Below, in pieces: positions 1 to 13,435 of a stretch of DNA of 64,000 nucleotides. Origin of the DNA: the human T2T-CHM13v2.0 reference genome, Homo sapiens; NCBI RefSeq assembly GCF_009914755.1, contig NC_060925.1. One strand, given 5' to 3'. Made by a program: the position numbers and the translations under genes. Position 1 is the stretch's first letter. Each line of letters starts with the position of its first letter. Below the pieces are notes generated by a model. The model was not told the DNA's origin, did no database searches, and worked only from the letters and a program-made list of their open reading frames with translations.

Positions 1-279
1 GATTAATTTTCACAGGATCTTATTTCTTGCAACCTCTCTCACTACATTCACTTATTACTTTCAGTAGCTTTCTGTAGACTTCATTGGATTTTTTGCATGT
101 TGTCTGGGAGCAAAGACAGACTTGTTTCTTCCTTTATCGTGTGTATGTGCTTTATTTTTTTGTACCTTGTTTTGATGTCAAAAATGTGTCAAATATACAT
201 GGTGAGAAGGTACCTCTCAGTCTTGTTGCCATTAAGTATGATGCCAGCTGTATGTTCTCCATAGATACCTTTCATCACG
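1..279 (-). mobile_element. Old L1 (L1M) ORF2 fragment; resumes at about 1167-1240 after the LTR insertion
   Basis: Resembles antisense L1 ORF2 consensus (ggtgagaaggtacct...gtcttgtt, ccattaagtatgatgccagctgt). It continues collinearly as aggaagttttc...gagagtt...ggatgttg after 1166. Confidence 0.75.
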
Positions 280-1166
280 TGTATTAACCATGCCTTTTTA
301 CTTTCTGTATTTCTGATCTTTTGACATCTTGGGGTCTGGCTGACCCTGGAGGGACTACCCCTCCCAGGGCTGACAGCTCCTAGAAGCAGGGGTTGTCCTC
401 ATTGTTCATGTGAGTTGCCTTTCATATCCAAACAAACCCATCCAGGGATCACACCCCACAATCTCCTTTACAGAGTTCAGTCTCCTGCCCTAACACCTCA
501 GCACCAGGGACCAGGCAACTAGGAACAGTCCCTTCACCCTGGAGCCTACCAAAATTAGCCTACTGTGCCTTGCCTGTTTCTTCCCACATGAACCATGATA
601 AATGCTTGATATGGTTTGGCTGTGCCCTCACCCAAATCTCATCTTGAATTGTAGCTCCCGCAATTCCCACGTGTTGTGAGAGGGACTAGGTGGGAGGTAA
701 TTGAATCATGGGGGCAGGCCTTTCCCATACTTTTCTCATGATAGTGAATAAGTCTCAGGAGATCTGATGGTTTTATAAAGGGGAGTTCCCCTGCACAAGT
801 TCTCTTCTCTTGTCTACCACCATGTGAGATGTGCCTTTCACCTCCCACCATGATTGTGAGGCCTCCCCAGCCACGTGGAACTGTGAGTCCATTAAACCTC
901 TTTTTCCTTATACATTATCCAGTCTCGGTTATGTCTTTATCAGCAGCGTGAAAACAGAGTAATACAAGGCTCTTGCCCACATTTTCTGCTCTCTCGCTGG
1001 ATCTCCTAACTGGCCCCAGTACTTCCTTGTGTGGTCCCGTGGGGCCTCGGATGCCCCCACCTCCTAGGCACTGTGAGTAACAAGCCATCTTTCCAATGAC
1101 AGTTATCTCCTGAACTGTTAGCCTTGCCATACCTGAATAATAATAAAACCCATATTTTATGACACA
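280..1166 (+). mobile_element. MER74-like ERVL solo LTR, interrupted by THE1 at 607-966
   Basis: Starts TGTATTAACCATG, contains gacatcttgggg...gctgaccctggagggact.cccctcccagggct, and ends aataaaacc...gacaca. Family assigned from recalled consensus. Confidence 0.65.
607..966 (+). mobile_element. THE1 (THE1A/B-like) MaLR solo LTR
   Basis: Termini tgatatggtttggctgtg...taataca; 5-bp TSD atgct/aggct. Confidence 0.93.
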
Positions 1167-1249
1167 GGCTCAGGAAGTTTTCTGTTTCTATTTTTCTGAG
1201 AGTTCAAATCAGAGATGGATGTTGGGTTTGGTGTTGCTTATTTTTTAAA

Positions 1250-2345
1250 TTTAAAGGTTTTATTCTGTTGTCTTCTGGTTTGCATGCTTTAGGAGGAGAA
1301 ATATGCTCTAATTCTTATTTTTTTGTTCCTCTATATTTAAAATGTCTTTTTTTCCCTGGCTGTCAGCAAGATTTTCTCCTTATCTTTGGTTTTCAGAAGT
1401 TTGTGATGTGTCCAGTATATTATTTCAGTATTTTTCATGTTTAAGGTTTTCTTTGATTCTTGGAGGTGTGGTTTAATGCCTTCCATTGTTTTTAGAAAAA
1501 TCTTGGTTAATTTCTTCAAATATTTTTTCTACTTCACTTTCTCCCTCTTCTACTTTTGGGATTCCAGGTGCACATATATTAAACCATGTGATACGTTTCT
1601 ACAGCTCCTAAACACCCTGTTCTGATTTTTTTCACTCTTATTTTTCTTTATGTTTCATTTGTCTATTTTCTACTGATCTATTATTGAGTTCTAATTCTTT
1701 CTTCAGTTATATTAGGTCTGATAATGAGCCTCCTAAACGAATTATTTAATTCTAGCATTTACTTCCATTTGACTTGTATCATTCCTATCCACCTGCTCAA
1801 GTTCCTTTTATTCATACATGGTGTCCATCTTTTCTACTTTGTCCTTTAACACAAGTGTTCTCAACCCTCCCCTTCCCCCCAAGGCCATGGACTAGTTTTG
1901 GTCTGCAGCCTGTTAGGAACCAGGCTGCACAGCAGGAGGTGAGCAGCAGGTGAGTGAGCATTACCACCTGAGCTCCGCCTCCTGTCAAATCAGCGGCAGC
2001 ATTAGATTCTCACAGAAGCATGAGTCCTATTGTGAACTGCACATGTGAGGGTTGCACCCTCCTTATTAGAATCTAACTAATGCCTGATGATCTTAGGTGG
2101 AATAGTTTCATCCCGAAACCATTCCCCCACCTGGTCCATGGAAAAATTGTCTTCCAAAAAACCAGTCCCTGCTGTCAAAAAGGTTGGAGACAAATGCTTT
2201 AATAATTAACTATAGTCATTTTAAAGTCTCCTTCTGATAGTGCCAATGTCTGGTTCATCTCCTAGTCTTGTTCTGTTACCTGATTTTTCTCTTGACAAAG
2301 GATTGTCTTTGTTTGTTTGTTTTTCATGTGTCTCATAATTTGGGG
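1250..2345 (-). mobile_element. Old L1 ORF1 region, interrupted by MER1B
   Basis: The minus-strand ORF at 1337-1519 reads KLLKTKDKEKILLTAREK, matching the L1 ORF1p motif KLLK.KDKEKILKAAREK. T-rich antisense L1 composition. Confidence 0.85.
1852..2196 (+). mobile_element. MER1B hAT-Charlie non-autonomous DNA transposon
   Basis: gcctgttaggaacc.ggc.gcacagcaggaggtgagc...ggaaaaattgtcttcca...aaaaaggttgg; 8-bp TSD ctttaaca/ctttaata. Confidence 0.92.
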
Positions 2346-2354
2346 CTGAATATT

Positions 2355-2788
2355 CCATTAGTTTCTTGGGGCTGGCATAGCAAAGTACCACAAACTAGAG
2401 CATTTGAACAACAGAAATTTATTGTCTCACAGTCCTGGAGGCCAGAAGTCCCCAACAAAGGTGTCAGAAGAGTTGGTTCTTTCTGAGGGCTGTGAAGGAG
2501 AATATGTTCCAGGCCTCACTCCCAATTTCTGATAGCCCCAGATGTTCCTTGGCTTGTAATGACATTCTCTCTATGTCTTTATATCTTCTCTCTATGAATC
2601 TATCTCTACATCCAAATTTTCCCCTTTTTATAAGGATATGGTCAAATCAAATTAGGGCCACCACTAGTGACCTTATTTTAACTTGAATACCTCTCTGCAA
2701 AAACTCTATTTTCAATTGAGGTCATATACACAGGTACTACATGTTCAGATTTTAGCATCTTCTTCTGGGACACAATTCAGTCCATAGG
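2355..2788 (-). mobile_element. MLT1 (MLT1C-like) solo LTR
   Basis: aaagtaccacaaact...aacaacagaaatttattgtctcacagt.ctggaggccagaagtcc...gggacacaattcagtccata. Confidence 0.85.
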
Positions 2789-2789
2789 A

Positions 2790-3962
2790 AATGACAAGCA
2801 TCTTAAGTAGAACAGGGGAGACTGAGGTGCGTGGTTTTCATGCCTAGAAATGGGCTCGTCTTTTTATCAGCTAGTGGGGAGGTGGTGATCGAGTCAACTT
2901 GGGTCTCTGTTTTGTCATTCCTATGGTTACCCTTAATGCATCACAGGCTTCAAGTTCCTCATGATTAGCATGCAGGCTGGGGTGCCAGAGAGTTATTTTC
3001 AGTGTTTCGGCTCCATCCTCAGCTTTCAACTTGCTATGTCTGCACCACAGAGGGAGTCCCTCCATGCCTCTGCCCTTGCCTGCTGGTATCTGCTGCTGCA
3101 TGTTACCCTGCTCTTATTAGGATCCTTGCAGGAAGCAGGCAGCTGCTTTATGGCCCAGCACAGACTTGGGCCAAGGCAGGCCCCATGTGCCTGAGCCTCT
3201 GGGTGGGGTTTTCCCAGCGTCCCTGCCCCTCTTCTCTGTGGCAGACAGCTGGACCCTGCCTCGTGTTGTGGAAAGTCTCATATGGGGAGTTTCCTGCTTT
3301 TCCCCCAGAACTAGTCTTGGAATGGGATTCTGGGTTCAGGATTGTTTCCTCAGTCTCCTGACTTTCTCCATTCTTTCCCCACATCAAAGGTCTTTTCCTT
3401 CTCTGAGGAGCAACAGGTAATGCTGCTTTTCCCCCAGGGGTGTGAGGCTTCTGAGAACAGCTCTGGGGAGGCAGGTGGGCTTTATGCCATTTCCACAGCA
3501 CAGGCTGACCCCTGGCTCCAGGCCTGCACTGCCAGGGGGCTCTCTCTGGTCTCCTGCCCTGCCCTCTCATCTTTCTCAGGAGCTCCCTCCATGGAGTGTG
3601 TGGAAGGCAGCTCTGTCTGTGGTTGCACCTCCCTGGGCTCCTGGTGCTCAGTTGGCCTCCTGTGGTTCACTGAAATTCCAGCTGACCTCTTCCTACCACC
3701 TTGAGTGACAGCCCTGTGTTCCACCAGACTCTGCCATGGCATGGAGGGTGACACAGTCCATACAGCACCGTCCATTTGCCCCCTGTCTCCTTGGGGGCCT
3801 GTTCGCCCTTTGTATTTCAGGCTAGTTGGTTTCTCTGTGTCCTCAGCTTCCTGATGGGTTCAGGAAGAGTTGTGATCTTACAGTTTTCCCAGCTTTGTCT
3901 TTTTGTTGGGGTAAGAATGTCACTCTTTCTCATTTTCCACATCTGGAATGGAAGCAGAGCTA
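2790..3962 (-). mobile_element. Probable 5' UTR of the same old L1 (L1MC/MD/ME-type)
   Basis: Lies directly upstream (minus strand) of the ORF1 remnant. The end ctcagcttcctgatgggttcaggaagagttgtgat...ggaagcaga resembles L1M 5' termini. Confidence 0.55.
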
Positions 3963-3989
3963 GTCATTAATGCATTTTGTTTCAGTTCT

Positions 3990-4168
3990 CCCCATAACCT
4001 TTCAAATTATATTATTAACCCATTTGACAGATGAAGAAACTGACGCAGGGTGGGATTGTTTATGCCTCCCAATCTAAAAGAGCTATTAAGCAGCAGGGCT
4101 GGGATTTGAACAGTGAAAGTTTGGCTCCAGAACTTACACTCTGAGCCACTCCACTCTGCCACCTCTCA
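3990..4168 (-). mobile_element. MIR SINE
   Basis: cccatttgacagatgaagaaactga...gctgggatttgaac...ggctccagaa core. Confidence 0.8.
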
Positions 4169-4259
4169 AGCACACAGTGGATCCTTACTTAATATTTGTT
4201 CAATTGAATATAAGGCAGGAGCGAGAAGGAGCTCTGCTTAGCTTAAGAAAACCTCTTCA

Positions 4260-4883
<624 letters not shown>

Positions 4884-5484
4884 TCAGCCTCCTTGCATGT
4901 AATATCAATTTCTCTTGCGGCTGGCCACTCTGGGAACTCTGTAGGACTCAAATAACACCTTGTGTGAGATCCTTAGGCAAAAGCCTTTGTTGCAGGGTTG
5001 TAATTGATTTCCATATAGGGAGCAATCATTTTCATAAAACGACAATTATATTGTCAGAAAATTCCCAACCATTTAGATGTGCTAAAAGTTGTATTTTCAG
5101 AGAATTTCATGGCTTTTAAATCATTATCTGCCATCTACTGGAAGGGTTTAATTGACTTCTTGAGAGTATACCTTCATAAAGTATCTACTAAATAGATTGG
5201 AATTAATTAAGTCTTCCGTTCTTGCTGACAATGTAATTTTATGTTATTAGTTTCAGTGGTTAAAACACAAATCATAAGGCAAAAATGCACTCACACATTT
5301 ATGAAGCACCATATGATTGATTTTTAGACATCTTGTGAAGTTACTTGGGGAAAGGGGAAAAATCTTGTCATGTCCTATATGCCAGTGGTTTCCTGGGTTC
5401 TTCTCCCAATTCTCCTTAATTTAAAGTGAAATGTTGTTTCTTTCCAATTTGCCTTTTTCAGGCTGCAGCATCTAAGAATATAAA

Positions 5485-6198
5485 TGATAGAGTTTGGATG
5501 TTTGACAACTCCAAATCTCGTGTTGAAATGTGATCCCCATTGTTGGCAACGGGGCCTGGTGGGAGGCGTTTGGGTCATGGGGGTAGATCCCTCCTGAATG
5601 GCTTGGTGCCCTCCCTGTGGTAATGAGTTCACAGGAGATCTGCTTGTTTAAAAGAGCCTGGCTGGCCAGGTGCAGTGGCTCACACCTGTAATCCCAGCAC
5701 TTTGGGAGCTCAAGGCGGGTGGATCACAAGGTCAGGAGTTCGAGACCAGCTTGGCCAACATGGTGAAATCCCGTCTCCACTAAAAATACAAATATTAGGC
5801 GGGCATGGTGGCACATGCCTGTAATCCCAGCTACTCAGGAGGCTGAGGCCTGAGGCAGGAGAATTGCTTGAACCCGGGAGTCAGAGGTTGCAGTGAGCTG
5901 AGATCACGCCATTGCACTCCAGCCTGGGCGACATAGTGAGACTCTGTTACCCCCTCCCCTCAAAAAAGAGTGTGGCACATCCACCTTTCTCTCTTGCTCC
6001 CTCTCTTGCCATGTGACATGCTGGCTCCCCCTTTGCTTTCTGCCATGATTGGAGGCTTCCTGAGCTCCTCACCAGGAGTGGATACTGGCACTATGTTTTG
6101 CATAGAGTCTGCAGAACCATAAGCCAAGTAAACCTCTTTTCTTTATAAATTCCTTAGTGTCAGATATTTCTTTATAGCAATGCAAACTGATTAATACA
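5485..6198 (+). mobile_element. MSTB-like MaLR solo LTR, interrupted by an Alu
   Basis: tgatagagtttggatgtttg...gggtcatggggg.agatccctc...atttctttatagcaatgcaaa...taataca. Confidence 0.9.
5664..5967 (+). mobile_element. Alu (AluSg-like) inside MSTB
   Basis: Full dimer with ggatcacaaggtcagg; TSD aaaagagcctggc/aaaagagtgtggc; tail largely C-rich. Confidence 0.95.
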
Positions 6199-6523
6199 AT
6201 GGATAAAAAAAAATCTTCCTCCAGGGAATTCTCATCACCTCCACTTTCTCCTCTCAGCATGGACACTCCTGCAAACACAGCATACCTAAAAGAGATCAGC
6301 CCACACTGCTCTGAAGGGCAGAGGTCAGGAGAACCCCTAACGAGCTGGTTACTTCCAGCAACTGGCTTCTCAGGTTCAACCTCCACAAGCAGGGTTTCTG
6401 AGTCTTTCATAACACCATCAATCTGGAGTGGACTCCAATCCTGTGTGTGTGGGTATGCATATATGTGTGGGCACAGCATGTGTGTGTGTGTGAACACATC
6501 TGCACCAACAATTGGTTAGTGCC

Positions 6524-6895
6524 TGATATGATTTGGCTGTGTCCCCACCCAAATCTCATCTTGAATTGTAGCTCCCACAATTCCTGTGTGTTGTGGAAGG
6601 GACCCTGTGGGAGGTAATTGAATCATGAGGGTGGGTCTTTCCCATGCGGTTCTCATGATAGTGAATAAGTCCCACGAGATACGATGGTTTTATAAAGAGG
6701 AGTTTCCCTGTACAAGTTCTCTCTCTTTGCCTGCTGCCATCCATGTAAGACATGACTTTGCTCCTCCTTGCCTTCTGCCATGACTGTGAGGCCCCCCCAG
6801 CCATGTGGAACTATGAGTCCCTTAAACCCCTTTCCTTTCTAAATTACCCAGTCTTGAGTATGTCTTTATCAGCAGTGTGAAAACAGACTAATACA
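6524..6895 (+). mobile_element. THE1B solo LTR
   Basis: Termini tgatatg...taataca; TSD gtgcc/gtacc. Confidence 0.93.
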
Positions 6896-7996
6896 GTACC
6901 CAATTCAACCAGGATTATCACATTTAAGATTTGTCAAGAGCAGGCTAACCTTTGGATCCTGTTTGGATTTTTCCACACATCATTTGGCTGCTGATTTTGG
7001 CTTTCTTAATGAATGGGCAATAAAATCAAAGCAGAGGGGTAAAATAAAATGTATTTGGGAAGCAGGCAACTTAGAACCATCTATAAACAACCACAATACT
7101 GTGATGAGTGCTATCTGGGAAAAAAGCCCTATGATCACAGTGAATCCCACATCATTCTTAGAGTCTGAGCACCCTGACATGTTTTTAGATGTCCTTTTTA
7201 ATGTTTGTTACTATGATTATGACTACGACTGTTATCACTGTTATCATGATTTTGCCTGGAGGATCATCCCAAGCAGCAGCAGCTTGTTCTTGAGAAATTG
7301 TCTTGAAATGCCTTCCTGAGAACGTGGGCCTGTCCCTTTCAGCCCAACACTGAGAAGCGTGGGTGTGAATTGGAAATAAAAACCAATTCTTCCACAATCT
7401 CTTCAAGGAGACCAGCCTGGCACAGAGCTTCATGGGCATGCCAATATCCAGCCTGACATGAAATATAGGGGTTGGAAAATTGCGACCAGGGGCCAATGGC
7501 CAGAAAAAGCACACAATAACTGTGAATCTCAGCCCTGGCAGGGTGCATCAGTTCGACTGGAGCATATCTAAATCTACCAGCATGGATTTCTGTCCATATA
7601 TCAAATATAGCAAATCAAACTTACAGGATGATAAAAAACCAAAACCATCTCACTGGAACTCTCAAGTGAGCACGTGGCAGCCACGCTGATGGGAAGTCAT
7701 CACAGTGTGTTTGTAAAATGTGTTCAAAGAAAGATGAGCTGGAATTGAGCTATACAGCATAAGCAGAGCCCGTCTTTCATTTTAGGGGGTTCACCAAATT
7801 CAAACACCAGCAAATACACACAAACTTCGGTGGTCATCCCTTAGGTTTCTCATATGCCCTGGTTACTGCCTGGAAGTCTCTCATTTAGGGTAGATTATGC
7901 CTGTGACCTTCTGCATAAGCCCTAGCTGGTAGCTGCTGTGCACTCCGGCTGGATTCCCCTGACCCAGGTAGACTTGCTGGGATCAAAGCACCTTCA

Positions 7997-8337
<341 letters not shown>

Positions 8338-8959
8338 CTAGATGAAGAGCCACTGCTGCACATGCAGACTTACTGGTCCGTCCCCATCAGCCGCAGTTTG
8401 TTAAGGGAAAACAGACCCCTGAATGTTCGACTCCAGGCTTCTTGTGCAGAGGCTCCCACCCCGGCAGAGACTTATGCAAAAGCAAGGAAGGATGCAGATT
8501 CCATGCATTCCCCAAGCTGAGCATGTCTGCCTGCGAGGGCACCCTGGAAGACGCACGTGCCAAGTCTCATCAGCACTTGGTCCTCCTGTCACATCCCTGG
8601 CAGGCAGTGGTGACATCTCACTGATAGCCTCATGGATGTGTCATGCCCAGTTCCTTTGTTGGCATTGCTTATTCCGAGGCAGCTGCTGCAGTGAAGGTGT
8701 TTGAGGCCAACTCCTTGCACCAAATTACAGGCAAGACCTAAACACCCAGCACCCCACTGCACCCCGAGTCCTTGGGGTGATGCCAAGAGGGAGAGATTGA
8801 ACCCGACGATCCAAGAGGGCTGACTCTCCAGCTCTTTCCCATCCAGTTCTCCTCACCGACGTTTCACTGATCTCTGTGACAGATGACGCAGACAGAGCAT
8901 CCAACAAATACCAAAGCTCTTAGCAAGCTTATAGAACCAGGGAAATTTAGCTCCCAGGT

Positions 8960-9240
8960 TTTCCGCTGGATCCCAGGATGCGGTGACAAAAGGGTCCTTC
9001 CTTCAAGGAGCTCATGGGCTAGTGAAAGGGATGGGCAAATGGGTAGGAAAATAAGAGTATAGCGAGACAAATGGCAGGATGGAAGTAGGAACCAGGGCTG
9101 TGGGGGATGTGCAGGGGCCCTGAGATCCCCTTAATTCAGACAGTGTGTGGAGTGGAGTCGGTGGTTTCCTAGAAAGTGGCAGCCCACCCAGAGTGGCGGA
9201 AGAGCTGTGGTGTGTTAGGGATCCCGAGCAGAGGTAAGTC
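8960..9240 (-). mobile_element. L2 fragment
   Basis: ggtccttccttcaaggagctcatgggctagtg, typical of antisense L2 3' region. Confidence 0.55.
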
Positions 9241-9759
9241 CTTCAGGCGGTTCTGCATGGAGGGTAACTTTGTAGGTAAGGACACCACCTAGCCAAAGCT
9301 TCCTTGGCTGCAGCAACACTCACCTTGAAGAATCTCCCAATGACGTAAGTGAACAGTGTCTCTATTTCTGGGGAGAGCCATATGAAGAAACGGAGGCTGG
9401 GAGCCCCTGGTTTTAAGCAGGCATCTATATGGGCATGTGAAGATATGGGAGGCATAGGTAGTCCCCCCAACTCCCTGCTCCCCAAGCTGTGCCTGAAGCA
9501 GAGCCATGCTCCTGATTTATAGGAAAAGAGACATGCCAGGAAATGCCACCCAACCAAGGACCAATGCAGGGCCCTCAAGTCTGAGTGCGTACCTTGAGCA
9601 TCTTCCAAGGGGAGGGAGAAAGCCCTTTGCAACCACGACAGGCCTGTGGAGTAGAGACCTGGCATCCCTGCTTGATGGTGGCCCCTAAAGAGTCATTCCA
9701 GGCACAAGCTTCAAAGCTTGAAACATCCCGACATTGCTAAACAAATGTAGAGTCAGCAC

Positions 9760-9925
9760 TGTCACCAGGCACATCACTTAACCTCTCTGCCTCACCTTTC
9801 CATCTATAAAATGGGATGACAACATATTTCCCACATAGGTGCTGTGAGAGCTGAATGTGAGAATGAACAGAAAGCGCAGGGCACAGGGCCTGGTAGGTGA
9901 TGGCTGGGGGTATTGTTCTTATTTT
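9760..9925 (+). mobile_element. MIR SINE
   Basis: cacttaacctctctgcctca..tttccatctataaaatgggatga core. Confidence 0.8.
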
Positions 9926-9949
9926 ATTGTTTATTACTATTATTATATT

Positions 9950-10335
9950 GTGATAGGGCAGGGACCTGCCTTCCACCCTGGAAGGCTAATGAAGAGGTGC
10001 TCCCATTTATTCCCTGACTTCTTGAAGCCAGAGGCAGGGAACATGACTTGGACTCAGCAGAGAACTTCTGCCTGCAACTCCGACTTTCACATGAGTGACC
10101 CTGAATCTAGGGGCCAAGTCCACGGTCTGTGGCCATGTCCAGCAGGGGTGCCGCATCCAGCAGGCCGCTGTGTCCAGCCTCATTTGTGCATCCTGTTGCC
10201 CTCAGTTGCTCCGCTTATCTGTCTGGCTGGCCTACTGATCCTTTGAGCTTCCCAAGAGCCTTCCAATAAAATTCTTTCTGCTAAAGTAGCCAGAGGTGGT
10301 CTCCGTGGTTTTAACTGAGAGCCATGAACTGCAAA
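9950..10335 (+). mobile_element. Old ERVL-type solo LTR (LTR33-like)
   Basis: 3' signature ccttccaataaaattctttctgctaaagtagccagag. Confidence 0.55.
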
Positions 10336-10989
10336 TAAATAGAGCTGGGCCACAAAGTGCTTGCTTATCAAGTCAACAGGGCAGAGGGGCCCAAAGAGAC
10401 TCCCCCTCTCTCTGTTTTCTGCTCTCTTTCTGTCTCTCTCCACCTTCAAAATCCTTTATCTTTTCTTCCCATCAAATTCTACTTGGGCCCAAAGCCCATT
10501 AGGAAACCCGGAGGAGACAGAGCCCTTAGCTGCTTACAGGGTTCTTTTCTGTCCAAAACTCCGGGAGTGTGGTCTACCCCCAAGCCAGGAAGGCACAGGG
10601 AAGGTTTTTCCTGCTCCAGAGAGGAAACAGCAGAGCCCCCTCCCTTGCCCTACACCCGGTCCTCCCCACTGGACTCTTGCAGTCCTGCATCCCCGTTTTA
10701 AACCTCTTCTCTTTTTCTGATGCCTCCACCCACTGCACCCTGCTGTCAGTGACGGATCTCCTGTAATTCATATGCAAATTGGCATTAGGTTTAAATCCGA
10801 GTCTTAATTCTGAACCAGGAGGCTTTGGCCCTGCCAAGGAACTTCCTGCACTGGGGTGGAGGAGTGGAAAGCAAAAGCATCCGGACTTGTGAAAACAGGC
10901 TGCCTCCCACACAGGATCCCAGGGCCCGTCCTAGGGACTCCAGGACCCAGCCACAAAAGGAGCCTGGGCTAACCTCAGGCCGAGAGGGC

Positions 10990-11215
10990 TCCCATCCTAG
11001 TTCTGACACTTGCAGGCTAAGTGACGTCAGCCAAGTCCTTCATGCTCTCTGGGCCTCGGTTTTCTTAGCTGTAAAATGGGAATGACGCTTGCCTTATTTA
11101 TTCAATAAAACTGTTGTGTAGAGCCGATCAGCTCATGAGTGAGATGATGAAACGGGTTAGATATGGGACAGGCTTAGGACACTGCCTCATAAATGCTTGA
11201 TCTTGTCATTATCAC
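10990..11215 (+). mobile_element. MIR SINE
   Basis: ctctgggcctcggttttc...ctgtaaaatgggaatga core. Confidence 0.75.
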
Positions 11216-11679
11216 CATGTACATGGACGACCCTGACCATCAGAGTGTACAGGTTTTCAGGTGTACTTGGTTGCTGTCACCATGGGGGCAAGAGCCCGGT
11301 GGCCACTTCCCACCTTCCCCGGGGCTGGAGAAGGAGGCTGACATTCTGGGTCCTGGCGGGATGAGGGTTCTTCCCGGGCACTCAAGCTGTTTAACCCAAG
11401 GTTAAACAGCTGCAGAACTTCGAATCCATAGGTGCAGGTGGGAGGGCCAAATCGGGAAATGAATTCAACACACTCACCAACACACATTTGAACAAGAAAA
11501 TTAAATACACATTCACAGAGGGCCCCTCGGAGATTATGTTTGCTTTAAAAACAGGACCATGGCCTCTTGGCCCTCACTCAGCTCCTTGTTACTTCAGACG
11601 TTGGGCTGTAGTCAAGTGTGCTGCAATTCTCTACTGCCATTTATTCTGGGCATTTGACTCGTGGAGGAGACAATGGTGA

Positions 11680-11870
11680 TGATAACAATGGAAGTGCCAC
11701 AGTTTGTGAGAGTCTACCACGGGCCATACGCTTTACAAAGTGCTCTGTATACGTGGACTCATTGTCACAGCAGCAGACTTAAGAGGGAAGTGCTGCTGTT
11801 ATTGCCAGGACACGAATGGGGAAATGGGATGGCCGACCCCAGGTCCCACAGCTGCTGAGTGGGGCAGCAA
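11680..11870 (-). mobile_element. MIR SINE (diverged)
   Basis: ctttacaaagtgct...ccccaggtcccacagctgctgagtgg. Confidence 0.55.
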
Positions 11871-11991
11871 GGTGGGGTTCGCCTGACTCCATGGTCATAG
11901 ATGTGGAGTTGAGTGGTACCAATAATGGAGAAGCAGGTGAGAGCTCCAGATGGTTCAGCACAGGAAGAGGGGTCCCAGCAAAGCAGCTGAG

Positions 11992-12822
11992 GGTGGTAGA
12001 CAGAACCGTGCCCCCCTAGGGATGTCTTCATTCCAGTCCCCAGAACCTGTGAATATGCAACTTTACATGGCAGAAGGGGCTTTGCAGAAGTTGTTGAATT
12101 AAGGATCCTGAGTTAGGAGAGCATCCTGGATTCCCCAGGCATCCCAGGATCAACACAGGCATCCTTTAAGAGAAAGGCAGGGGGATCAGAGTCAGAGAGA
12201 GACTGGAAGATGCTGCCCTGTCAGCTTTGAAGTGGAAGGAGGGGCCATACAGCAAAGAATGCCGGTAGTTCCTAGAAGCTGAGGAGAAAGGGATCTCTCT
12301 TCTCCTAGGCCATTCTGGCTGCTTAAAAGAAACACCATTAACTGGTGGCTAACGAAGATGAGAAATGTATTTCTCACAGTTCTGGAGACTGGGAAGTCCA
12401 AGATCAAGGTGCTGGTGGAGTTGGTGTCTGGTGAGGATTCGTTCCTCGTAGATGGTGCCTCTCGCTGTCTCCTCATGGTGGAAAGCATGAGCTAGATCCT
12501 GGGGCCTCCCTTATGAGGGCACTAACCTCATTCACAAGGGCCCCACCCTCATGCCATCATGACCTCCTGAAGGCCCCACCTCCTAGTGCCATCCCCTTGG
12601 GGGTTAGGTTTCAGCATGGGAATTTGGGGAGGACACAGTCAGCCCATAGCATTCTCCCAGAGCCTCCAAAAGAAAGGAAGCCTTTCCCTCATTTAGCTCT
12701 AGCCCAGTGAGACCCACGGCAGACTCCCAACCCCAAGAACCACAAGGTGTAAGTGCATTTGTTGTTGTGTTTTTTAAGGCACTCAGTGTATGGTACCATG
12801 TTAAACAGCAATAAGAGACCCA
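11992..12822 (+). mobile_element. MLT1D-like LTR, split by a nested MLT1A
   Basis: ccccagaacctgtgaatatg...ttacatggcagaaggggctttgcag; the 3' half resumes ttctcccagagcctcca at 12652. Confidence 0.85.
12300..12651 (-). mobile_element. MLT1A-like LTR nested in MLT1D
   Basis: tttctcacagttctggagactgggaagtccaagatcaaggtgc...gggaggacacagtcagcccatagca. Confidence 0.88.
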
Positions 12823-13261
12823 GGCACTGAGCACATAGACCCCAGAGGGACACTGATGGTTGGGGCCCAGCTGTGCCCCTTGCCAGTCACATGTCCAAGC
12901 ACAGGTAGAGTCTGCTTAACAGAAAAGTGGGGAAAATAGTAATAATCCCTCCCTCAAAGGAGCTACTAGAAAGCTCTCAGGGCAGTGTCTGGCAGGTGGA
13001 AGTGTCTGTTCAGTCAGAGTCGGCTCCCATCAGGACACAGGGCGGGACTTGTCAGTGGGGATTTGGAGTACCGCATTCTGAAGCCAGCTCTATCTTTCAG
13101 AGCCTGCACTCTGTGCTGCCTGTGCCTACCCAGGTGTTAGCAAGGGGTGAGAGGAGGGGGTCCCTTGGCTGCTGGAGACCTTCCTTCCCTTCCTTCCTAC
13201 CACAGTTCAATGGGCCTACCTGGCAGCCTTTGTCACTGCACTCTGGCAGCTCTTCTGGAGC

Positions 13262-13435
13262 ACACAGCATCATTTGCAGTGATGTTTCAGTGACTTATTT
13301 CCTGCCCAGTGGCTCCTACTAGATAGTAAGCTTGGTGGGGCAAGCACCATATCTGCTTTGCTCAGCCCAGGGCATGGCACGCATGTAGGTGTAGGTGTTC
13401 AACAGACATGTGTTGAGGAAACGGGTGAATGGACA
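13262..13435 (+). mobile_element. L2 3' end
   Basis: ctactagatagtaagctt...ggcaagcaccatatctg...gtaggtgttcaaca. Confidence 0.65.

Noticed and set aside
497-517. RE1/REST-like ctcagcaccagggacc
   Set aside because: The right half-site is poor and it lies within an LTR.
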